DNA of 62,776 nt from Candidatus Eiseniibacteriota bacterium. Lineage in GTDB: Bacteria > Eisenbacteria > RBG-16-71-46. Within the stretch, counting starts at the first letter, position 1, and each line of letters begins with the position of its first letter. Made by a program: the position numbers and the translations under genes. The stretch is from NCBI GenBank assembly GCA_020849095.1, contig JADLGX010000320.1, positions 1-62,776 of the forward strand, written 5' to 3'. Positions 54,842-62,776 of the stretch are shown one piece after another. The notes under the pieces were generated by a model. That model was not told the DNA's origin, did no database searches, and saw nothing but the letters and a program-made list of their open reading frames with translations.

Positions 54842-57184
54842 ATGGTGGACGAGGGCGCACCTCTGCTTCGACTCGCTCCCCCTCGGACGCTCACGCGCAA
54901 GAAGGGCAAAGCGAAGTTCCCCCCGCCGCCGGTTCGCAAGCCTGGCGTGCACGGTCTAGATATCGGTCGAGGCCTTGACGACGTCCGCAGGCACTTCGAC
55001 GAAGCAGTGGCCCGTCTTCCGGAACTTGCGACCGACGTCCCGTATGTGAGGCTCGAGCTTGCGCCGGGGGCGTACGTGACGGACGCGGAGCTTTCGTCGA
55101 TCGGGCTCGTCCCGGTCTATCGGCGGGGGGACGCCATCCTCGCCGCCTACTCGCCCGAGCGCGACCTCCGCACGTTCGAGAGCCAGCTCGCGTCGTACGT
55201 GCAGCTCAAGAAGAAGCTGGCGGTCCTGGCCAAGATTCAAACCCTGAAGCCGTGGACTCGGGATGACCGCACTGGTGCACGACTAAAGGACGTGACGATC
55301 AACCCCGGCGACGAATACACGGTGGACCTCCTCCTCATGCCCTTCAAGGACGAGGAACCCAATCCAGCGGCGGCCCGGGCGATCGAGCATTTCGTCACGT
55401 CGAGCGAGGGGCGTGTCGTGGATCGGGCGATGGAGCCCACCTTCTCGGCGCTCCGGGTCCGGCTACGGGGCCAGGCGCTCGAGCAGATGTTGGACTATCG
55501 CGACGACCTCGCGCTTATCGAGCTCCCACCCGCCGCGCACGTGATCGTTCCAGAGGCGCTGTCGCTGAAGCTGGACGAACTTCCTGAGGTCCAGGCGCCG
55601 CCAGGAACGGCGCCAGCAGTTTGCATCGTGGATTCGGGCGTACTCGAGGGACACCCTCTTCTCGAGTCCGCAGTCGTCGGCTCCAGGTCGCGCTCTTTCC
55701 CCGCCGATCTCGGACCGCCAGTCCCTGCGGGTTCGGCGACAAAGGCAGGGCACGGTACCCAGGTCTCGGGAATTGCCCTCTATGGCGACGTTGCCTCGTG
55801 CACGATCGCCAAGTCGTTCATCCCGGCCATCCGCCTCATCAACGCGCGGATGCTGGATGACCACAACGAGCTCCATCCCGATCGGATGCCGTTCCTTCGA
55901 GAGGTCGTCGAGCACGTCAAGACCGACAGCAGGATCTTGAACCTCTCGTTCGGCCTCGAGCCCCACGACGGCTTCCTCTCGATGCACGCAGCTGAGCTGG
56001 ACGCCCTTGCGCGCGAGTTTGGAGTTCTCTTCATCGTCGCGTCGGGGAATGTGAACCCTCGGGAGTACTTCGCGGGTGGGCCGCCACCAACAAAGTATCC
56101 CGAGTTCCTTCTCGGTGGCGCTTGGCGAGTCCGGTGCCCTGCGGAAGCACTGAACGTGCTCACGGTTGGCGGCATAACGCCGGACAGCGATCCCTTCGCG
56201 CGACATTCGTCCCGGGATGTGATCGCGCCGAAGCGTGCCCCGTCTCCGTTCTCGTGCAGCGGTGGAATCAAGAACGTGATCAAGCCCGAGTTGGTCGAAG
56301 TCGCCGGCAATCTCGCATTCGACAATCTCGTCAAGACGTGGGTCGAGAATGACGGAGGCCTCCGTGTGCTGACGACGAGCCCGAGGTTCGCGACGGACTC
56401 CCTCCTGGGCTTCGTTCACGGGACCAGCTTCTCCGCGCCAAAGGTGACGAACCTGGCTGCTCGCCTGATCGAGCGCTACGCCGACGCGAGTCCAAACCTT
56501 CTCCGCGCCCTTCTCGTTCAGTCCGCCCGTTTTCCCGAGGGTGTGACTGGCTGGAAGCCGGCAGCGGCCATGCGTCTCTGCGGCTTCGGCGTGCCTGACT
56601 TGGAGCGCGCCCTGTTCTGCCGCCCTCAGCGCGTGACTCTATTTCACGAGGGCGAAATAGTTCCCGACCAAGTGAAGCTGTTCGACATCCCCGTGCCTCC
56701 CGAGTTCGCAAAAGGAGAGGGGCGGAAGGCAATGACGATCACCATCGCGTTCGATCCGCCCGTTTCCGTCGTTCACCGCGACCGACCCGCTGGCGTTCAC
56801 CTGACCTGGCGTCTCGCTCGTGGCGACGTCCCCGTCGCAAAAGTCGAGGATGCGATCGCCGCGGAAGCAGAGCGTGAAGCCGAAACGACGGCGAGCACCA
56901 GCAAGAAGGCGAAGTCGCCCTTTCGAACGGGTGGCCTGCCGAGCCGTATCCAGCAAGGCGGCACGGTCCAGAAGAACGTGTTCTCGTGGAAACGTGGTGA
57001 GTACGGCGACACGTATCAGCTCGCCGTGATCGCCAAGGCGACCCGCCCGGCCTACGCCGCCGTCCCGCAGAGATTCGCGGTCGTGGTGTCGCTGGAAGGG
57101 GAGGACGAGAGCGTCAACGTGTTCAACCTCGTGCGAGCCCGGCTGGCGGCCGGTCGCGTGAGGGTTCGCGTCCGAGCACGGTAG
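54842..57184 (+). CDS. ietS: Subtilisin-like S8 serine peptidase, IetS-like, 780 aa
   Basis: Catalytic triad contexts CIVDSGV, GHGTQVSG and GTSFSAPKV. Starts 6 nt after the ATPase stop. Confidence 0.7.
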   Translation: MVDEGAPLLRLAPPRTLTRKKGKAKFPPPPVRKPGVHGLDIGRGLDDVRRHFDEAVARLPELATDVPYVRLELAPGAYVTDAELSSIGLVPVYRRGDAILAAYSPERDLRTFESQLASYVQLKKKLAVLAKIQTLKPWTRDDRTGARLKDVTINPGDEYTVDLLLMPFKDEEPNPAAARAIEHFVTSSEGRVVDRAMEPTFSALRVRLRGQALEQMLDYRDDLALIELPPAAHVIVPEALSLKLDELPEVQAPPGTAPAVCIVDSGVLEGHPLLESAVVGSRSRSFPADLGPPVPAGSATKAGHGTQVSGIALYGDVASCTIAKSFIPAIRLINARMLDDHNELHPDRMPFLREVVEHVKTDSRILNLSFGLEPHDGFLSMHAAELDALAREFGVLFIVASGNVNPREYFAGGPPPTKYPEFLLGGAWRVRCPAEALNVLTVGGITPDSDPFARHSSRDVIAPKRAPSPFSCSGGIKNVIKPELVEVAGNLAFDNLVKTWVENDGGLRVLTTSPRFATDSLLGFVHGTSFSAPKVTNLAARLIERYADASPNLLRALLVQSARFPEGVTGWKPAAAMRLCGFGVPDLERALFCRPQRVTLFHEGEIVPDQVKLFDIPVPPEFAKGEGRKAMTITIAFDPPVSVVHRDRPAGVHLTWRLARGDVPVAKVEDAIAAEAEREAETTASTSKKAKSPFRTGGLPSRIQQGGTVQKNVFSWKRGEYGDTYQLAVIAKATRPAYAAVPQRFAVVVSLEGEDESVNVFNLVRARLAAGRVRVRVRAR

Positions 57185-57396
57185 GCTCTCCGGCGGAGCT
57201 CGAGGGAACGCAACCAGGGTGCACCTGCCCGGGCGGTTACAACTCAACAGCGGTCAGGCCACTGGCTTTCCAGCGCTCGACTCGCTTCGCCCAGGCCTCG
57301 CGCTTCGTCCTCGCCATGGCCCCAAGACGTACGCGAGTGCGGTCCTGGCGTCAGGAACGCGGTTGGCCGGACGGGTGGGCCGGCTCACGCCTGAGC

Positions 57397-57672
57397 TCAG
57401 AAGCCGTCGATCGACGTGCACAGCCTCGCGAGCAGGCCGTCGAGCAGATCTTGCTTCTTGCGGCTGCGCGTCGAGTCCATCAGCGCGCCCACGAGATCGT
57501 ACATGTCGTTGAGCTCGCGCCCGCTGGCCTGGACGACCCAGAAGCCACCGAGGTCCGCTCGAACTTCCGCGCGAGCGATCACCGCACGTAGCTCCGGGAT
57601 CTCCGTCGTGGCGTCGATCAGTACCTTTCGAGCCTCGTCGTCGAATCCCCAGAGCCGGCCACGGTTTCCCAT
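57397..57672 (-). CDS. Hypothetical protein, 91 aa
   Basis: Start set at the internal ATG 57670-57672 (MGNRGRLWGFDDE). No motif. Confidence 0.4.
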   Translation of the reverse strand: MGNRGRLWGFDDEARKVLIDATTEIPELRAVIARAEVRADLGGFWVVQASGRELNDMYDLVGALMDSTRSRKKQDLLDGLLARLCTSIDGF

Positions 57673-57806
57673 GCTTCCAGCCCAGCATGGCCGGCGGGGC
57701 GCGTCACCGCCCCGCGAACCAGCCGCCCGCACAAGCTCTCAACTCACGCCGCTCGTGGACGGGTTACGCAGTAGGTGGCTTCAGATGCAATGCCTGGCCG
57801 GTTGGC

Positions 57807-60761
57807 TCATGGCGCTCGGTATTCGACGTGTCTGGCATTAACCGCCGCGAGCAACATTGTTGCGATCTCGATTTCGGAGTCGGATGCGCTGTCGCTTCCT
57901 CCTTTGCCCGGCGGTACCGAGTTGGGTCCTGAATTGCCGCATCCGAACTCGTGCGGGCAGACGAGCCCGGGACAGGCGCGGCTCACGACGCCATCGCCAA
58001 ACGTCGTAGTGGACGCGACAGTTGCGCGGCTGCCGTACACGAACGCGGCGGACATCGGCTCCGCGTTTGCTTTCGCGTTGGCGAGGTTCAGCTTCGTGGC
58101 GAGCAGCTCCGCTCGCAGCTGTGATAGCAAGGCTTCTTTCTTGGGTGGGTTCTTCTTTCCTCCGCCCAAGATTTCCAGCACCTGAACGACTGTCGTGAGG
58201 TTGACACTACCTCCCACTGCCTTGCCACACGAGTTGAGTTCACCGAGCACCAGCGGAAGAAGAGTCGAGATCTCTGCGGGGCTCTTGGCTAGCCACGCCG
58301 TGCGCGTTAGGGCCGACGTGTGCGTGACGCTGAGCCGAGGCAGTGTTCCGTAGAGCGTGAGCCGCGGTCCATCGAACTGGGTAACGATCCCGGCTTGCTG
58401 CTGCGTGGCACCTGCAGCCCCGGCACCTGCAGCCCCGGTACCTGAGCTCGACTCGCAGCCGAGCGGTATCAGGGGGTACCAAGCGTGTATCTCGTTGCCG
58501 GAGTAGACCCTCTTGTTCGACGCGGCATTCTTGTCGCTCCACTGCCAGAAGTAGAAACCGCCCTTGTTCGCACCAACCGTCACCTTCGGTGTCAGTTCAT
58601 GGTCACACACGGGCCCGAGTAGAGGCGAGCACTGGCCAGAAGGATCGCTGTTCGTGTACAGGATCGACGCGCCGTCTTTGCCGAGCAGTGTGTAGAATAG
58701 ATTGCTGGCCACGTTTTCTTGGCTAGGAGCCTTCACATCGTCTGGACCATTGATGAGGACGTCGGCGTCGCTGGCGTTGTCCGCGTCGGTTTCTTCGAAC
58801 TGGAAGCACGACACGTGGTCCGGGACATACATCGGGAAGAGAAATGTGCCGTCGTACGACGTGTCGTACGGTGGTCGCAAGAACGAGACCGCCGGAGCGG
58901 CAGCGCCGACTCGATCTTGACCCCAGAAGGAGAACTCGTCCACGGGTTGTACGGCGCCGTTCGTGCGCACCTTGAATGCGTTGACAGCGTTGGGAATCGC
59001 CGGCTTTGTCCCGGCACAGTCCCCCTGCGTGACTTCCAGACGGTACCAGTAGTCACCGCTGCCGCCGTCCTGCGCTGCTGGATCCTGAGCGTCGTGGTAG
59101 AGTTTTGACCACTCGTTCTCTCGCAGCGTCGAAGCGTTCACTCCACTCACGACCGCCTTCGTACCTGTGCCGTCCGCGAGTTTGTCGGCGAACAACCGGA
59201 AGCATGAATCCGAGATTGCAGCTGCGCCGAAGGGACGATCATACCCGCTGCCGAAATACCCATCGAAGACGTCGACGGACAGCTTCGGGCCCTTCGACCC
59301 GATCGTCATTGTCAGTTTCGGGGCGGGGTACGTCCCGTCACCGGTCCCGGTTATGATCACGAACCTACCGTCGAAGCGATCAGCGGTCGGAAACGCGTTT
59401 GTCGTGTACTTCTCGCTCAGCCCTGGAGTACACGTCGTCGAGGTCTTTGGGCAACCGAAGTAGGTGTCGACCTGGCCGCCGGGAGTGAGCGCCTCAACGT
59501 CGTCGACCGTGTCTCCGTCAATGTCCACGACGTAGAACTTCGAGTACTGGCTGGTGAGAAACGAAAGCTGTGCGTCGACGAGCTTCGAAACGTCGCCTGC
59601 GACCCCGTTGAGGGCGAAGGGGATGTTGTTGATCTGACCGACGAAGTCGATTGCCCCGTCTTTGTTGAAGTCACCGGTCGCGAGGTCCACAGTGGAGATT
59701 GACAGCCCGAGGTCGGGCGCGAAGACCACTTCCATCGTCTCGCAGAGTGGGCTAAATGCCGCAGGCGAATATAGGATCTTCACGGAGTAGCAGAACCCGG
59801 TCGGCGAGAACAAGCCACACGGGACGTGCCGTTTGATGACCACACTGTCGGGCATACCGTCCGGCGGTCCGAAGATCGACGGCATGTCCTCGTTCAGATC
59901 CCAGATCGCGTACTGGTCAGCGACGTGATCCTTCCAACATCGGAACGCCTCGGCGCCGACGACGCGACCGTCCGTCACGGATGAGACTGCGCCCGCATCG
60001 TCGAACGCAATCGCATTGTTTCTCATGATACCAGCGACTGCGCCGTTCAAAAGACACGGGCCCCCGGAGTCGCCTCGCCAATGAATCACTCCAGCCACTG
60101 TCTTGTCGTACTTGAACGCAACTTGGTCCGCGAACCCGCTAACCTGAAAGACCCCGCTCCGAAGGGTATTCGAGCCAGAAGTGAGTGTGTTGTCCCCGTA
60201 GCCGTAGCACGTGATCTGTGCCTTCTGCGCGACGAGATCGGCGTTGTTGACTGCGCTTGGGCCGATGGTGGTCACTCCCGCGAACGGGGTCTCGAGGTGC
60301 AGTATGGCAATATCGCCTTGCGTCTTGCCCTCAAGGTTCTTGAAGAGCGGATGAACTGAGACGCGGTTGGGTATTCTGATGTTGGGGTCGATAAACGGGT
60401 GATTCGTCGTCCCATTGGCTCGCTTCACGACCTGCGAGCCGGCGTTGAACCTACAGACGCGCGAGACGTTGCCATCGACGGTCGGCGTAGACGGGCATTG
60501 CGAAGTATCAAGGCAGTGCGCACAGGTCAGCACCGTTTTGCCGTCGAGGAGCACTCCGCTCGCGGTGTTCAGGGAAGCGGACATGCTCTTCGCCCGGACC
60601 TGCACGAAGCGAGAGATCTCCGGGTTAGCTTCGGGCGTTCCGTTGACGATGGCAGCACTGCCCGACCGCGGCCATTCGGTGCCCCCGTCACCGCAGGCGG
60701 CGGCTGCAACCACGCCACCGACCAAAGCCAGCACGCCCAGAGCACGAGCCTTCCCCAACAT
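57807..60761 (-). CDS. Secreted/lipoprotein trypsin-like S1 serine protease with FG-GAP-like repeats, 984 aa
   Basis: Lipobox AAAC, IVNGT, TCAHC, DIAILHL and GDSGGP. Later DFNKDGAIDFV and DIDGDTVDDV. Confidence 0.8.
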   Translation of the reverse strand: MLGKARALGVLALVGGVVAAAACGDGGTEWPRSGSAAIVNGTPEANPEISRFVQVRAKSMSASLNTASGVLLDGKTVLTCAHCLDTSQCPSTPTVDGNVSRVCRFNAGSQVVKRANGTTNHPFIDPNIRIPNRVSVHPLFKNLEGKTQGDIAILHLETPFAGVTTIGPSAVNNADLVAQKAQITCYGYGDNTLTSGSNTLRSGVFQVSGFADQVAFKYDKTVAGVIHWRGDSGGPCLLNGAVAGIMRNNAIAFDDAGAVSSVTDGRVVGAEAFRCWKDHVADQYAIWDLNEDMPSIFGPPDGMPDSVVIKRHVPCGLFSPTGFCYSVKILYSPAAFSPLCETMEVVFAPDLGLSISTVDLATGDFNKDGAIDFVGQINNIPFALNGVAGDVSKLVDAQLSFLTSQYSKFYVVDIDGDTVDDVEALTPGGQVDTYFGCPKTSTTCTPGLSEKYTTNAFPTADRFDGRFVIITGTGDGTYPAPKLTMTIGSKGPKLSVDVFDGYFGSGYDRPFGAAAISDSCFRLFADKLADGTGTKAVVSGVNASTLRENEWSKLYHDAQDPAAQDGGSGDYWYRLEVTQGDCAGTKPAIPNAVNAFKVRTNGAVQPVDEFSFWGQDRVGAAAPAVSFLRPPYDTSYDGTFLFPMYVPDHVSCFQFEETDADNASDADVLINGPDDVKAPSQENVASNLFYTLLGKDGASILYTNSDPSGQCSPLLGPVCDHELTPKVTVGANKGGFYFWQWSDKNAASNKRVYSGNEIHAWYPLIPLGCESSSGTGAAGAGAAGATQQQAGIVTQFDGPRLTLYGTLPRLSVTHTSALTRTAWLAKSPAEISTLLPLVLGELNSCGKAVGGSVNLTTVVQVLEILGGGKKNPPKKEALLSQLRAELLATKLNLANAKANAEPMSAAFVYGSRATVASTTTFGDGVVSRACPGLVCPHEFGCGNSGPNSVPPGKGGSDSASDSEIEIATMLLAAVNARHVEYRAP

Positions 60762-60831
60762 GCCAGGAAGCTACGTGGTGTGCTCGGGACCTGTCAATGG
60801 CGGGGACCATGAACTCTGGCATACTCAGTGC

Positions 60832-61356
60832 GTGACTCTCCTCGCGCACGCGGTGATTCTCGTCCTCGCGTTGCTGTGGGGCTGTTCGGGGCCGAAGCAC
60901 ACGCGGCACACAGCGGTGTCGGGGTCGCCAAGCGGACGCGCTCAAATGGCGGGGCCTGCGCGAGACGATGCTGGGCCCCCGCTGTCGGAAACGCCCGGTA
61001 AAGGCGAATGTCTAGTCCCTTCCATCAAACTTGGTATCACGGAGGCTGCCCTCCAATTCTCGACCAGATCGACGAACCCCGCCGATGCCGGCACAAGCGC
61101 TGCGGAGGCAGCGTCTGTCATCAGCAGCCGTCACCTCACTGTTGAAGTCGAGGGACATGCCGACCCAGCGGAAGGCGACGCAAGCCTCGCGCGAAAGAGG
61201 GCTCAGCGCGTGATTGATCTGCTCATCCAGCACGGCGTGAATCCGAAGCAGCTCATTCTTGCCGACAAAGGTATGACTGCCCCGCCGGAGGGAGTCGAAC
61301 GGAACTCCCGAGTAACCTTTAGGATCCGATACGACCTGACGTATCCTTGCAGGTGA
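60832..61356 (+). CDS. OmpA-C-like lipoprotein, 174 aa
   Basis: GTG start giving (M)TLLAHAVILVLALLWGC (lipobox). C-terminal EVEGHADP...SLARKRAQRVIDLLIQHGV...NSRVTF. Confidence 0.55.
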   Translation: MTLLAHAVILVLALLWGCSGPKHTRHTAVSGSPSGRAQMAGPARDDAGPPLSETPGKGECLVPSIKLGITEAALQFSTRSTNPADAGTSAAEAASVISSRHLTVEVEGHADPAEGDASLARKRAQRVIDLLIQHGVNPKQLILADKGMTAPPEGVERNSRVTFRIRYDLTYPCR

Positions 61357-61544
61357 ACCAGACCGTATCCCCTCGCATCGCGCTGCGCGCGGATGCACGG
61401 CGAGAGTGGCCCGCAGTGCCGGACAGGACTTGTCACCGCGAGCCCCAACTTTCAAGACCTGCCGCTCGGCATCGAAGTCGGAGTCCTGCGCCAGCCCGGA
61501 GCGCGGATCACCAATCTTTTTCTAGGAAACCCCCCGGCTCAGCA

Positions 61545-61747
61545 GTCAAGCACGTCGGCAGGCTCAAGGGCCTGACTCAGCGCAAGTTGGCCGAGGCGAT
61601 GAAGATGTCCGTGCAGTACCTGCAGCTGTCGAGGGAGGGAAGCAGAACTTGTCGATCGAATCGATCTTGAAGTTCGCGAGGGCTCTCGGCGCCGACCGGC
61701 GCGAGCTCTGGTTACGCCGAGGAATGGGGCCGAGTGTCGTTCAGTAG
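61545..61747 (+). pseudogene. Frameshifted XRE-family HTH gene remnant
   Basis: VKHVGRLKGLTQRKLAEAMKMSVQYLQLSREG continues as KQNLSIESILKFARALGADRRELW only after a +1 shift near 61638-61642 (GGGAGGGAAG). No convincing start codon. Confidence 0.5.
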
Positions 61748-61841
61748 GAGAGCTGCGTGACCCCGCTGCCTTTCTCGAGCACGTCGCCCTGGTCTAGGTC
61801 TCCGCCCGTGACGACCTGGTACCAAGGCCGCCACTCAGCGG

Positions 61842-62129
61842 TCATTCATCGCCTGGATCGAAGTCGAAGTCGCCAGGTCGGGATCTGAAGCGGAGCGGCT
61901 CTCCGATCTCGACTTGGGCGAGAACGCTGCCGACACCGGTCGGACGGAGCTGCATGTGCTCGAGAACGAGCTCCTCCTCACCCTTGGGCACAGACGGCGC
62001 AGGCAACACCGTGGAAACGTTCGATAGGTTCCAGCCCGAACCTCGGCGATCCAAGAAGCGCTCGACAATGGCTGGCACCGGTCGCTGCTCGACAACCTCG
62101 GTGTGCTGCGGAAGAGCTAGGATGGCCAT
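61842..62129 (-). CDS. Hypothetical protein, 95 aa
   Basis: Start set at ATG 62127-62129. The longer track ORF crosses the tRNA fragment. A 34-codon ORF (61744-61845) follows with an ATGA overlap. Confidence 0.35.
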   Translation of the reverse strand: MAILALPQHTEVVEQRPVPAIVERFLDRRGSGWNLSNVSTVLPAPSVPKGEEELVLEHMQLRPTGVGSVLAQVEIGEPLRFRSRPGDFDFDPGDE

Positions 62130-62334
62130 GGGGTCTCCCTGAAGAGCTTGCGAGCGTTGTCGGTGATGGTCAACGCGCCTGGCCGGTTTTCTGCCCGGTG
62201 CAACCAGCCGGGCAGGCCGAATCGTCCCTCGCCTCTGGCCCACCAGCCCTTGGGGGCCCCGCCGGCACCACCCGGGGTCACGAATCCGCAGATGCCCGCG
62301 TCCGGCGAGGACGCTCACGGTAATGCTCGACCCG

Positions 62335-62355
62335 TTCTGGCAACGACCTGGCAAG
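62335..62355 (+). repeat. Right arm-type-like site TTCTGGCAACGACCTGGCAAG
   Basis: 18/21 identical to 433-453, same orientation. It ends 93 nt before the right att block (starts 62449). Confidence 0.55.
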
Positions 62356-62448
62356 CGGCGGAGTCGGCGGTTTTTCTCCGCGCCAAGCGCAGCCGAAGCG
62401 AAGCGCGATCGCCGCAGTTGCCAGAATGGGCGCGGCGGAAGCCGAGCA

Positions 62449-62505
62449 TTTGAAAACCGCCGTACCGGGAACGGTACCAGGGGTTCGAATCCCTTCTCCT
62501 CCGCT
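62449..62505 (+). repeat. Direct repeat of the 3' part of tRNA-Ser (att site remnant)
   Basis: Exact blocks 62449-62463 = 285-299 and 62476-62505 = 310-339, with a different but self-complementary variable arm between them. The 5' half of the tRNA is absent. Confidence 0.85.
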
Positions 62506-62627
62506 AGTTTTCTTTGAATTCTCACCAGTAACGCGCGCCCGCCTTGCGCCGCGACGTGTGGTCACGAGATGCCCCAAGCGGCGCTCGTGGACCCCAATCT
62601 TGGCAAGAATCTTGGCAAGCCGGACGG

Positions 62628-62776
62628 TCACAACGGGAGGAACTCGTGGTGGTCGTGGACATGCGCGGCCTGGGAGGTGAAGTTCAATCCGCCGCGACCG
62701 CCACGCCAGCGGAGTCGGAGGTCCTGGCTGTCCGCGAACGCTCGCACATCCCCGAAAGGCCGGAGCGCCAGGGCCG
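62628..62776 (-). CDS. 3' end of a paralogue of the 36244-36891 gene, running off the right edge
   Basis: The minus-strand frame reads ...GLNFTSQAAHVHDHHEFLPL*, versus ...GLNFTSQAAHVHDHALVLRV... in the internal copy. Confidence 0.5.
   Translation of the reverse strand, partial: ALALRPFGDVRAFADSQDLRLRWRGGRGGLNFTSQAAHVHDHHEFLPL
62649..62776. repeat. Inverted copy of 36644-36771 (truncated by the window end)
   Basis: 127/128 identical to the reverse complement of 36644-36771. Similarity collapses abruptly at 62648. Confidence 0.85.

Larger units (their letters stand above)
338..62505. mobile_element. ~62-kb tRNA-Ser-integrated genomic island (defence cargo plus int/xis/replication/recombination backbone)
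   Basis: Bounded by the intact tRNA and a direct repeat of its 3' 55 nt. Symmetric 21-nt arm-like repeats lie 93 nt inside each end. An integrase and excisionase are inside. Gene content is accessory throughout. Confidence 0.75.

Noticed and set aside
60817-60831. sigma54-like match TGGCAT-N5-GTGC upstream of the OmpA-like gene
   Set aside because: The predicted +1 would fall downstream of the GTG that gives a proper lipoprotein signal peptide. It is kept as a reminder that GG-N10-GC matches arise by chance in this GC-rich DNA.
62426-62505. Possibility that the right-hand repeat is a second complete tRNA-Ser gene
   Set aside because: No GGAGGAG acceptor 5' strand or D-arm is present, and the anticodon stem 5' strand (GAGCA) cannot pair with ACCGC.
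61842-62525. 227-codon ORF in the track spanning the tRNA fragment
   Set aside because: Its upstream two-thirds is Arg-rich and runs antisense through the att repeat. Only the last 95 codons, from ATG 62129, look coding.
1-62776. Search for CRISPR arrays, rRNA genes, IS elements with transposases, and tandem repeat arrays
   Set aside because: None seen. The only periodic DNA is the GTC/GTT triplet run that encodes the kinase acidic tract.

Overview
GC-rich window (third codon positions are heavily G/C). The mix of Hanks kinases, sigma54 activators and lipoproteins suggests a myxobacterium, but that is only a guess. Almost the whole window is one genomic island of about 62 kb integrated into tRNA-Ser(UGA). 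The intact tRNA lies at 253-337. Its 3' 55 nt recur at 62449-62505. A 21-nt CTGGCAA double repeat sits exactly 93 nt inside each end, and the island carries a tyrosine integrase and an excisionase (52454-53715). Left half (0.6-34.5 kb): a stacked, mostly minus-strand defence island. In order it holds three restriction-fold nuclease genes, a Druantia type III-like pair (1127 aa plus a 2077-aa helicase-DUF1998 protein), a degenerate PLD-like protein, an SF2 helicase fused to a COG1451/SprT-like HExxH peptidase, a minimal HEPN-like protein, a Hanks Ser/Thr kinase, an AAA_15/DUF3696-type ATPase with an HxR(x)4D partner, hsdR-hsdM-hsdS, a CARF-like sigma54 activator, a coiled-coil PD-(D/E)XK nuclease with a DUF4238 protein, and a 735-aa orphan. 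Right half (34.6-62.5 kb): an integrative-element backbone with no capsid, tail or conjugation genes. It holds small ORFs, DUF932, RadC, a Rad52-like annealing protein, a Cas4-like exonuclease, XRE regulators, lipoproteins, a P-loop replication-like protein and xis/int. Cargo between int and the right att comprises an IetA/IetS-like AAA ATPase with S8 protease, a 984-aa secreted trypsin-like protease, an OmpA-like lipoprotein and a frameshifted XRE gene. Best candidate for something undescribed: the CARF-sigma54 activator appears wired to up to three sigma54-type promoter-like elements. All three share the same near-leaderless geometry, and two share an upstream palindrome. They precede the helicase-peptidase/PLD-like pair, hsdR, and the nuclease/DUF4238 pair. 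The neighbouring kinase+HEPN pair is a second candidate. All domain calls come from reading motifs by eye; no searches were run. 'M' in the supplied ORF track can be GTG or TTG, so several starts were re-set from gene-junction logic.
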